Below the pieces are notes generated by a model. The model ran no database searches and had not been told where the DNA came from. It saw nothing but the letters and a program-made list of their open reading frames with translations. The translations under genes were made by a program, and so were the position numbers. A DNA stretch of 64,000 nt, taken from the NCBI RefSeq assembly GCF_964204865.1, contig NC_135251.1, positions 13,392,001-13,456,000 of the forward strand, in the 5' to 3' direction. The DNA comes from Styela clava (taxonomy: Eukaryota). Numbering within the stretch: the stretch's first letter is position 1; the number at the start of each line of letters is the position of its first letter. Of the stretch, positions 38,946 to 51,800 are shown piece by piece.

Positions 38946-40232
38946 ATGGTAGGTGGTTCATTTGAATGTCGATATTCGACATAGAATCAAGCAGACATAT
39001 AGAATCAAGCAGAACATAAGATATGGCTACAAAGATATGATGGAACTATATAACCTTTATAAAATATTTAACGGAATATCAAGCATACCAAAGATTAATA
39101 GAAACTGGACAGTTTCATGTAGCAGTTTCCCATAAGCAATCATGATATATAATAATTCAAGCGTACAATGTTGTGGTTCCAATTATTTTTTTGCTTTCAT
39201 ATCAAATCAGAAACACGGCACATTCAAAGCTACATTAGCTCATTATATGGATGCAATATTTGTCGTTCGTATGAATTGTAACGTAGTTCTCGAGAAATAT
39301 CCCTGAATATCCTGAATTCGTGGAACTTACCAGTCAGCGCACAGGCGTATTACAGGAAACTACATTCTGATACAAATAAATAGACTGGTTTGAATGACAC
39401 AGTAGCAATATAACAACGGTGCAAAATTTACAGTTTGTATTTTTTTGTTAAAACCACTCAGCGAAATCCACAGAAAAATGAAACCCCGCGTTTAGTCTCA
39501 TTGATGACTTGAACTCCCAATTTACCAACAAATTAATTCAATCCAAAAAACATTCCGACGATGCTTAAGAATACAATTAGTCGACTTCTTGCAGTGTAAA
39601 TTTGTATTGCATGGATTTAATGACGAAAACAAGGTTTATTCTCGAACTTGACTTACGTACTTTCGAATTGTAGTTTATCTAAAAAGTGACAAAAAGAAAA
39701 AAAACTGAATCGTACATGATTAAATGTTTTGGGTATATAGATAATCAACACTGCCTTGATAGCGACGTATAATCGTATATAACAGGTATTTTAAACTCAT
39801 TAATCTTCCATCCATATAAGATTTTTTCAAAACAAGCCATCAATCTGCATGCAGAATTTAACATGAAACATCCAACTGTCATTGTATTACATTTATCCAA
39901 GTTTTACCCTAACTGTGGTCTGATTGTCATCCCAGTGTGTATATATTTATCCACGAGAGACCGATAAAGTAATCAGAGATTAATCATCTGGAATGCACCA
40001 GGCGATTTACATAAGCGTGATTTCGCGAGATATCCTCATTATATAAATTTATCAGGTGCATTATCCCCAGCGTGATTGGTTAAATTGTACAAAACGTGGC
40101 TTCACACTAGTACAAACTTGTTTTTTTCTACAACCCTTTTCTAAGATGTTGTCATTCCTGTACAGCTAAGAAAAATTTAGATTTTTGTTCAAACTTATTT
40201 ATTCAAATTCAGTTTCATGTTTGAAAGATTAG

Positions 40233-40256
40233 ATATATATATATATATATATATAT
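40233..40256. repeat. (AT)n microsatellite
   Basis: About 12 AT units. Confidence 0.9.
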
Positions 40257-41870
40257 AAGAACCTGATATGCTTTTCTAATTTGAGATTCATGGCAATACG
40301 ATGACGATCACACATCATGGGGTGAAGTATCGTAAGAGGATTAGAAATAGAATATTCAACCGATATTAGGTCTTCGTAGCATGCATGCCGTTGTTTATCA
40401 ACAAATATATCTTATAAATATCTGATGAAATGATATGCAAAGACAGTAAATACTGTTTAGTATACTTCAAATCGGAGATTAAACTAAATTATGAAAAATC
40501 AAGCTTTTGCTCATATTTTGGACGTATTCTAATACAAGACAGTAAGGTAATAACCATCTTAATATCAAGGAAAAACACGAGCAAGACTCGCATATATCGG
40601 CATGAAGATCGCCTACCTGAAGGCGGCAAGGTACGGTATTGGGGCACAGAGTTTACAAGATCGACGACCCAGACTGAGTGACGTTGAAGAGAAAAAAAAA
40701 TTGGAAAGATATAAAGTACTGTATTTTTGTAATCAAATTGAACATAACATTAGTCATGGTGATCAGTACCCCAAACCAGATGTGGAACGATAGGCGAGAG
40801 TCGAACAAATCAAATTTTCCCGCCTAGTCAGTTTTATTTAAAATAGCACAACTCCTGAATTATCTCCAGTAGTGAATTCAAAGAATCGGCTAATATTGAT
40901 GGCATGCATGATTAGTTCCCATACAAGTTCAGGGAAGGGGATATGACTGTCGCTCGCATTTTCGACGCCTTCGCAGAAAACATCCGACATTCAGATTCTA
41001 CTGAAAGTGCAGGATTCTGGTTGAAGCTACAAGACGCGTGTTATTATGTAACCGCGGTGGTATGTCAAGATATACTAAGCTCAGAAAATCTTTTTTTTTT
41101 TTTTTTGATATTTTTATTTAAGTAATCAGAATAGCACAAAATAACGCCATCCTCCGGATGATTCCAGGACACATAAAATATATCAGGCTCGTCAAATACC
41201 ACGCCCATCTCTGAAACGGGTCTTACTCGATCGCTTTTTCATGCGCGGGACTGTGGAAATTTGTAATTTACTTAGATTTCGAGCCATTTAAAGCTCCAAG
41301 GAAATTTCGAATCCAACTCCACGAACCCAAAGGATCGCAAATACAAGCCTTTATTGCCTGTCAGTCAACTTGATATTATTTAGTTTTCGCCGAAAATATT
41401 GTTGACATTTAAACAGTCCGGAATTTATCCCGACGAACGCGGGTTAAATAAGAAAACACTAGACTCTGGCTCGATAGTCCCACTAGCGGCGAGGGTTGGT
41501 CAAATCCAATACCACCACAGAGTTAAAATAATAAAAAAGGTAAAAGGTGCAATTCAGTTCCAGACTGCCAAAACCTGAATTGACTTCCCTTTTTTTTTAC
41601 AGTTCACCATGTCGTTTTTTTTTATCTTACCTGATTCACCTTTGACAAGCACCAAAGTAATGGAAGTTAGTGGTCTGGTGACGTAAATTCTGCACTCACC
41701 GAATCGCTAGTTCATTGTGTCAGGATCAGTTCAAAAACCCAAAACATACTCCACCGAGACACCGGTGGTTTTCTCAACATCTCTGGATAAGCAGTTTCGA
41801 ACACCGCGTTTCGAGTCTTTTGTCTTTGCGGACGCATGGCGTCGCGTCTACAACTAAAACTACAGTATAT

Positions 41871-42636
41871 GGGCTATTCCATTCAATTTTTTTAAAAAAG
41901 TAGTGAGGGTAATTTTTTTTTATTTTTGATATCAAAAGACATTGGAATTTTATTGGACTGCATTCATTTCATGAACAATTTAAAATTTCACCCAAGTTTT
42001 TGATGGTTTATAAAAAATGGCCCGAAATGTAGAAATTTTGGTATAATTGACATATTTTGTGATTATTCCTGACACAAAGTGTTTGATTGTGTGGTACAGT
42101 TTTTCATATGTAATTGACGCACTGGATTTAGGGTAATAAAGTTTGAATGTTTGCAGTGCTGTAAAACATTTCTTCACCCACTTAACGATTTATTACCAGA
42201 ATTTTAAGAGATGATGGAGGCCGCTATTCCGAAGTGGAAAAATGTCCTGTAGTGTCACATACAATATGCACATTATTGGCATGGATTTACAGTGTTACAT
42301 TAAGTAACTTGAGCAACACGTAGAGGGGTAGTTCAGCTACTGCACCAGAAAATATTATGGGCTCCTACTGTACCATCGCAAAAATTTACAGCACAACACA
42401 ACGTACTGTTAGTGCATGGTGGACTTGCCGTCCTGTAGTGTCACGCTATATTTTACCATAATTTTTTTATCTACTAAGTAAGGTTGGATGTAACTTTCGT
42501 GCAATTTTTTACATATTCAATAAAGCAACTGATTGGACAATGAAACAAAACATGTAGCTGAAAATGTGAAAATATATTGAATTTAACAACATGCAAAATT
42601 TCGGGAATTGTCCTGTAGTGTCACTTGGAATAGCCC
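41871..42636. mobile_element. Non-autonomous TIR DNA element (~770 bp)
   Basis: Ends GGGCTATTCCA / TGGAATAGCCC, each flanked by ATAT. Internal motif GTCCTGTAGTGTCAC occurs three times (~42244, 42430, 42610). Superfamily not determined. Confidence 0.7.
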
Positions 42637-42870
42637 ATATATGGAAACTAAATCTCGGCGGCATGTTTCGAGTTTCATATGTGCTGACACAACTTAAGTC
42701 TCTGGGAAGGAAGGCTAGTCGAAGTCTGTTCTTAGTACTTATCATTATTAGCTAACTCAGTAAATAGGAAATATCGAACAGTGAAAACTATTCCGATAAT
42801 TCGATCAGTACTATGAAACTACACAAAAATACTGGCCATGCCCATATGTATATTTAATATAAGTAATGAT

Positions 42871-45800
42871 TCAATCAACTCCCAATTTGAATCTCTTTCG
42901 ATTGATTTTCTTCACTTCACCTTCTTGATTAGAGAGGAATCCGTACAATCGTTTCACCTTTGCAGCTCTTTCTTTGTCCCTAAAATTAGGCAAGTAACAT
43001 ATGATGCATTTTTGTAATCAAATTAGAAATAGGTAAAAATAATGACGCCTTTCCATTATTTTGAGAAGATTATCAGTGTTCAGGAGAAGTTGATTTCACT
43101 CAGACTCAAGTTGTGTTTTTCAACAACTCAAAGTGACTTGTGAGCGAAGTCATGTGAGCGAAATGACCGACTCCAACATGACTAACCACCCGGAATGACT
43201 CCACTTGGAACATGGAAAAAATTTTGGGCTTTGAAATTTCATTAAAGCAGGTTTAACCACATTTGTTAATATTATGCGGGAAAAAAATACAAAATTCACT
43301 AGTCCAACACATCTACCCAACGCTGACTTGTGATAAAATGTCACCAACAGGGCAAGGCGGTTTGAATATATTATGGATGATGTCATTGAAACGTTCATAA
43401 ATTAACATGGGTATTCAAACAAAATGGGATTTTATATAAAAAGCATTGACTAATAATAAATGATAATGTAGCCGTGGGAAAAATATGAGTTACACTTATA
43501 ACATACTTTTCAATTTGTTCATTGAGTTGTTCTCTAGCGATAAATCTGGCATCCTTTTTTATTTCTCTGACTGCACCTTTCAGTTCTCTCTTGTACCTAT
43601 GTTGAAGTCTATCTTTCTCTCGCTTAGTCGAACTAGTTTGCTTCCGACTGCCTTTTTGAAACGGTTCGCCACTGCAGAGAAAAAGAAATAAAAAATTCAA
43701 GTATCCATCAAGATTACTGAAACAGTATTCACAGAAAGAAAATACACTAATTCCACAAATAGAAAAAATGATCAGTATTATCTAATTACATTTAACATGG
43801 TTTTATACTGATGGAAACTACTGATACAATGGTAAATAATCACGCATCACAAATGGTTAAGTTATCTGTTACCGACTTACTTATTCCTTATATAATTGTA
43901 CTTACATTATGTAAAATACTTACACTTCTTCAAATTTTGGATCATACAAAGGTAAAGCTTTTGGTTTATTACTTTCAGATTGAACGAGATGCTTCAGATC
44001 GGGAGATTTCTTCTCAATTCGTTCAACTTCAGCCTAGACAAAAAAGTAGAAGCCTAAACATCAGCCAATCTTGTATATAATTAGGATATGATTTCCATAT
44101 TTATCTTGAAATGAAAGCAGATGACAATGACCAGAACAGTATGCCAATCATTTCAGATGCATAGATTCGATGGTGGAGGAATCTGTAATCAACCAACAGT
44201 TTAGTGATTCACCCGACGGCAGCATGGAGTGCGACAATCCTCTCGTATATAATTATTCCCCCATATGTTTCAAGCTTGCAAATAGCAAGCGTTTTTCCAA
44301 CGCTGGCACGATTCAGTAATGGCCGTTTTTAAAATTATGGTTAAGCCACTTCATTAGTACAACACTGATCTTAAAGTCAATGAGGCGGCAGTATCGCCCG
44401 CGTGTTTAAAAATTTCAATTTTTGGAATTCAGAGTCATGAGTCAAAATTCTATAATTTCAAATGTGGAGAGTATGAATCGGCATTTTCAACAGAACTGAA
44501 AATGATTACAAATACCAAATTTGTCACTATCAAAAAAAGGCTACTCATAATTGAAAAGTAAATTTTTTTGTATCCAAAATCCGAGTCAGAATTTTTTGCT
44601 GAAATCTGAGTCGCTAACCTTAACTTCATATAGCAATTCAGCTAAAGGATGAACTTTTCCTTCATTAGTTGCTCTGTAACCAGATATGCATCGAGAACAG
44701 ATGGTTTTCAAAGGTTGGTGAATTTCTTTGAAGCAGGATATCTGACTGTTCAACATTATGAATTTTAAAGAAAGTTTCAATGCCACATTCAACAACTGTA
44801 ACCTGCAAAATGAAATGAAAATGGTTATAAATTGTAAAGTTATGCTGGCTATACCGATACAAATATCAGAATTGCCCATTTTACAAGTTACTGCTCAAGA
44901 GTCAAGACAGGGCTACCATCAGGGCTGTGAAATCGGCAAAAATTTATTTAACTCCGAAACTCTTAAGCTCTTGATTTCTGGTTGAGGAAAATTTTGATTT
45001 TCCAACTCTAAGAATAACGAATCTTGAAACAAAAATTGACTTGTGAAAGCTTTCCATGAATGTTTGAATAAAATGCTTAGTAAACATGACACTCAACAAA
45101 AATTAGAAATTTCTACTTTGAACATGGCACACTTTGACTGGCAAAAAATGGCACCTCACTCAAGTGTCAAAGACTTTTTGTGGTCCTATTTTGGATTCAG
45201 ATTTACCATTTTTTCATTGAGACTTGTTATAAATCTAAACATTCAAAAATAGCATTCAATATATGATACACCATACCTGGTCTCATCCGTGTTTAATAAA
45301 CAAGGATCTTTTATAGAGAGGCATTTGATTAAGTTCGGTTTTTGTCTGTCATCAGAGTTGTTCAATGATTGACCTTCCAGTACAAGTAATTGACAATTCT
45401 TCGTATTCAAATATAAAGAAGCAGCAGATGGAATACCTAAACAAAATAAAAAATGAATTGAATTTGGCAAAAAAAAATAAAAAAATGCCATGTGCAGGAA
45501 TATGACTACCAAATTCAAAAAGTACAATCGACATTTTTCAAAGACCTATTGAGCAATTTTAAAGAATCTTACAAAGACTTGAGAACGAAATAGAGTTAAA
45601 AATGAAACTCAATTCAACTATATTATGAGTGCATGACATAGCTCCAACCACGTCTCACATTTCCAACTTTAATTTTAGTACCAAATTTAGGTTTTGAAAA
45701 TATTGTAAAAATTGTAGAAATCTGAATTTGCAATTCTAATAAATCGTAAATGATTTTTCCAAAAAATTCACAAATCAAATTGTTGTTACAGTGACAATCT

Positions 45801-48800
45801 TATGTAGATATGGTCAGACCATGATTTCTAATTCAATGACTTGAGTTGGGTATTTGAAAACAAGTTGAGATAAAACAATCGTTTTGAATAATCCTCTAAT
45901 GTTCAAAGTGTCATAAGTCTATTTTTTGTCTGGCCATCAGATTCCAAATGTCTTGAATGAGAAATTTTCAAATAAAAGTTATTACCAAATTATGCCTAAA
46001 AGCAAAAATTAACTATATCGAATAAAGAACAATTTCAAATGTATTTTGTTTCAGCAGGAAAATCTGCATTTAAAGATAATAATAATAGAATTATTTGGTT
46101 CTTTTTAACTGCCTAATGACATTTTTTCAATAAATTCCGAAAATAATACCTTTACTCTGTTGAATAGTCCTTGGTAAAGCCATGCATAATATTCCACATA
46201 GCAAATTAATACATTCAGGAATAAATCGCTTCGAAAAACAAACATATTCAAACATCAAAGTGCAGACAAAAAGGAGTGAAGAGACGTCTCTGAAGTGAAA
46301 AAAAAACAGTAGAATAGAACATTTTTTCCAGTTTTTTAAGTTTGTTAATGCTAGATGGACTAATGGAGCGATACTCGACTGCTTGGGCCTAACTTAGAGT
46401 CCGGAAATGGAGACAATGCAATTTTTCAGACTAGAACTAAATGATTTCAACAAGCAACATAATAAAAATTCATTGTCGTCCCACAACTTGAAAATGACAC
46501 GTACAGTTGACTCACCTTAAATTTGTTGGTCTTGTTGAATGCAAGATATGGCACATAAACAATATGGCAGGAGAACAGACTGAATGGAAATAATCACTTG
46601 TCGAGAATAATATCTTTATCAACTTGAATTGTATAAGCTGGAATAGAAGATTGTATGAGGGTTAGAAATTGCAGGTTAGATTCCAAGTTAGGATAGGATT
46701 TACATATTTATCCTGGGGAGGAGGAAAACCAATAGGATGGCTTAATCATACGATGAACCACGACCTCTCGTTGGTTATCAGTCCATGTCGGATATGGGAT
46801 TAGTTTGCCTGTTATTTGTTTTTGGAAGCATAGACCTGATGATGGATAATCCGTAACAAACCAGCAGTTACGTGAACCACCCTATGGCGGCAAGAAGCCC
46901 AGCAACCATCTCGCACATAACCATCCCCGCATGGGATTCGAATCTGCGAATCCACACAGGGTAATCAGAGGTGCGGTGGCGAGCGTATTCTTAAGGCTTA
47001 GCACGGTGCACCACATCGTCGTTAGTTATCAAGTCTCATGTCCATCTGCTTATCTCAAAGCACATCTGTTGCTGCTTTTAACTCTTCCATCGATACTTTT
47101 TCAACATTCAGGCTTTCGTATTAGTAAACTTGTACAAAAATCAGGAATTCAGCTACAAGAAACTTACATGAGCGAAATCTGGTATTCTAATTTTTCCGTT
47201 TCGCAATAAATACATCTTGTAAATATTTTTCATTTCATTCACAATATATTTAGCAGAAGATAATGGATTCAATTGACAAAGTTCATACAAGTGCCTGTAA
47301 GTAAAAATAAAGTAACTGTCAAACAACTTTTGAAATTTAATTTTCAGTATTCCACATAATTGAGATCTGCTAGCAGGGTGTTGAGTTGGGAGTCAAGGGA
47401 AGTCAAGACCCTTAAGCCTAGCATGGTTTCACCCGAGTCACTAAAGTCTGAGTTACATATTTTCAATAGTGATGAAGTTCCTATCAAACTCAAAAAGCAT
47501 TAAATTTACTAAGCGTTCTTATTAACACTTCATTTTGTATATGCAAAAGTATTCGTTATCAGAATTTCACTTTCTTGAAGTTCGAAACTGAAGCCAGAAT
47601 TGCAATGCTTTACAACCTGTCAAATGCTGTATCGATAACAAAAATATTTCCCCATTGGAGGTTTGAATCAAAATTTTTCTCACAAGAAATTGAAAGACTG
47701 AGCCTATCAAAATTTTGATCATGACATGACTTCGGATAAATGATATTTAGCTACATAGAACAACTAAGTCGGCCTGATTTACCTAAATCATGAACGGAAA
47801 TTTATATTTCCTAGATATTAGAGAGATAAAACTATATTTAAAAACATCTAGGATCCCATACCTCACTAAATTATCAACAGCCTCCATCTTCAATTCCTTC
47901 TCAATGCAAACATCATAGATTTTCTGCCAAACATATTCAAACAATGTTGCCATTTTTTCTTTGTTTCCTTTTGCCAAACCGGTTGAAAAATTTTTTCTCA
48001 AAGCAGAGAGACATTTCTGACAACTTCCACTGTACTTTGTGTCTACCATGTCGCAAAACTCAAAGTATGATTTAGGAACTGAAAAAGGAAAGTATTATAA
48101 TTACTTGCTTTGAACCCTTCCTTCAGTCAAAATTGAGCAAATTAATTACTAACATTTTTGCCTCATAACGAACGAATTGTTATCTCCAAAAAAAAAAGAA
48201 AAAAAAACTTATTTTAAATAGGTACCATTTCTCAAATTTCTTTTGATTGACCTCTCAACTATGTTATTAAATTCCAGAACATATTATCATCATACACCAT
48301 AAAGCTAGGAGATACTTGTCCCTAATAAAATAATTACAAAAGTAATTTACAAATTTTGAGTCTAAGCAGTCGTTTGTTTAACAACTCCTGAATATACCTA
48401 TGATATAATAATATTTACGGGAGTAAAAAGAAGATAAGGTAACTGATTTGCCTATTGTGAAAAAGAATACAGCATCATCTAGCAGCAAAAGAGTGACGCA
48501 TGTTCCCTTCCAAAAATAGTAGATCCTCACATATCACTGGAAGCTTACACAGTGCCTTGTATAAATTCTGATGAGTCATAATTTTGTTGCATTCAATGTG
48601 AATTTCATTGACAAAGTAGTAACTAGTAATTAATTTCTACTGAATTCTTTTTATTTCAACCAAATTAAGTCAAACTTCATTCACTACTTCTAAATTCACA
48701 TACAATCATGATCGTTGAAAATCTGATTCAGAAACGCTTACTAACATTTTGAAGATCCTTTTATTTCAGTAGTCTCTTTTTGTTCCTTCGTTTTTGACCG

Positions 48801-51800
48801 TTTCTTTTTCATATTTTCCATCATTTCAGCATCAGTATGTTGAGTTTGTGTATATTCTACATCTTCATCATCAGTAACAATATCGGAAAATTCATCCTCA
48901 TCACTGTTATCTTCCGATAACTGTTCTTCATCTATGGAATTATTTTAAAAACATTTCATGAGAAAACTGATATAATAATATGGGAGCTAAAAAAGGGACA
49001 CACAGCAATAAGTTTTAATAGCAAATGCTCAAGGCCAAGCTTATATAAAATCAACATTTTTTTAAAAACATTTCATGAGAAAACTGATATAATAATATTG
49101 GAGCTAAAAAAGGGACACACAGCAATAAGTTTTAATAGCAAATGCTCAAGGCCAAGCTTATATAAAATCAATGTTAAAAGAAAATTACATTAACCCAAAA
49201 GGGCCTAAACTATGATAAATAAAATTACAAACCACCTTCTTCATCTTCCTCACTCTCACTAGCTTCAATTTCATCGTCAATTTTGACGTCAAGTTGCCAG
49301 TCATTATTATTTTCATCTTCTAGTTTGGAGTCATCAGCAACAACCATAACACCATCTTTATAACTGACTGGCTCAACATAAACCTTTTCAGGAAGAAAGC
49401 TAAAGAAAATTTAAAGCATTCATTAGATAAATGACGCAATAATAGATTAATTTGAAAAAGATGACTCATTCAGCTTTCTGCACCTTTGTACAGCAGCAGA
49501 GCCAGGGAAAATTGAAACCCAAACTGCGCCAAATAAAAAAAAACTAATCTGGTTTGGACTTTAGGTCGATGAAAATTCTACTATTTCCATTTCCCAATTC
49601 CGAGAAAAACAAGTTTTGACTACAAAAAAACTTACTTTTCTTACTTACTCAACTTACTTTTCGCCAGAAATATTGACATACTGTTCAAATTTTGACAGTT
49701 TGAAAATACAACTCTAAGGACCTCTGGGAAGTTTAAAAATTGACTCCCAACTCCAATAATAATAAATAGTCTACATGTCAACCTCAACTACGGTAGGTAC
49801 TTATCAGTAGTCAGTACGCAGGTTTTTTAAAGAGATCTTTCTCGTATAGCAAAGCATACACATTTTCGTACACCCTGGTCGAGACATAGATTTCAGACAA
49901 ATGTAGCAATACATTATAATGAGCAGGAGTTCGTTAAACCAGTGAGCGTACATTCATTCACTAGAGCAATAAATAAATCATACTCATAGTTCAGATCATC
50001 AGCAGATCGATGAGTTTGTGCTGATTTTTTTGTCACATGATTATAGTCTTCTTTCATTCGTTCAATTCTATCGTCTTCTAATTTACGAATTCTAGCCGAT
50101 TCTTCTGCTGCCTTCTCTGCCTCAGTTTTACCCCTGGAATTGTGACGTAGTCAAGAGATGTAATTTTCGCAAAGAAACTGAATTAAGTTGAAATCTGATG
50201 TGATTTTATGTTTCTAACTAATTTTCACAACCTGATTTTCGATTTATGAAACTAGGGAAATTTATCTCAACCTAAACATAAGAAGAGACAACAAAATTGG
50301 ACGAGCTCTGTGTATTGCCAAGATTGAATGAGCTGCTCTAACAGACTCTCGATCAGTTACCAGACCATGTCGGGTATGGGAATAGTAAACCGGTTATTCG
50401 TTTAAGATCCATGAACTACCATGCTACAAGAGGACACTAGTAATCCTCTTGCACATAATTATCTCACACAGTATTCGAACCTGCGAACCAGCTCAAGGCA
50501 TTTTGAGATGCAATGAGTCGATGACGCATTTTTTCCCAATACTTAGCACGACATGCCAATCATCAGGCCAGTGATTGTAACACACGGGACCATTACAAAA
50601 TAGTAATAAGATCTAAACAAAAGTTGTGCATGTATAGCACAATGCAAAAAATGACTAAATATAATTCTCAAAACACATAATCAGCAATTTATGTTATATT
50701 TTCATTCTTTAATTGAAACCTTTTTAACATTCAAGTTAATAGAAAATACTGATGTCAAAAATACCTAAATATCTAAGTGGATTCTAACCAAACCGAAAAG
50801 GCATTTTGTAAACTTACCTCTGAGCTGGAGCTGCTTTCTTATCATATTGCATCTGCCTTACAAAGACGTCATATTCATCAGGTTTATAAGTATCCTTGGC
50901 AAATTCTTTATCTTAAAAAAAAATAACGTTTAATTACAAATCAAAACCCTTTTTCACGAAACAAAAACAAGAAATAGTATTTTAAAAACCTTTTGTAGAT
51001 CTTGTAGATGATTTAAGTAATTTTTCAACCTCTTGCCATGTGTCATCAAGCTTTTCCCGCAAGTCATTTGCCTCCTCTTGTGTCGTTTGTTTTTCGTGCT
51101 ATTCAGAAAATATGTGGTTTATCAAAAAACCATCACACATTATTTGCATTTGCAGGCTCTTTCCTATAACGTGCTAAATATGCATCTGATACTTCAACTG
51201 AATATTACCTCCCTGACACAACACAGTGGCTTTGTGGTTACCTTAATTGCTTCATTAACTAAATGTTTTATTCTCTTTCAATCTACTTTCCTACCTGATC
51301 TCAAGCAAATGAACAAATTAGGGAAATAATTAATTTTTTCTTACTTTTGCCTTTTTAGATTTAAGAATTATTTCATCAATGATTTCTTTTCTTGATTTGG
51401 GTTTCATAGATTGATCTTCATCGTCGTTTTCTTCATTGGATGATTTTTTTCTGAATATTCCACCTCCAAAATGAGCTTCAGACACATATTCACCTGACCA
51501 CAAAAACACAATTATTCATTCAAATTTCAGAGTCTAATAATGTACAAAAAATTATTAATAACAAATCAAAATTCATTATATATCAATGGAATTTTCAAGG
51601 GTGTGTTGGTCTGGTTACAATCAACAGGTAATAAAAATATAGCACTGATTAACGAGCAATCAAATTAGCCATGAAAAATATTGAATATTAAAAATCTCTC
51701 AAATAACCAATTATACTCCATTTCTGCAACAATTGATGTTACTAGAAAGTAGAAAAGCAGCATTCCAAGTTATAGCAGTGGCTCTCAAACTTATCAAGCC

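Noticed and set aside
47370-47460. Scattered GAGTC/GACTC-rich patches in introns (also ~43100, 44920, 49740, 58960)
   Set aside because: Probably old MITE debris, but boundaries cannot be supported by eye.
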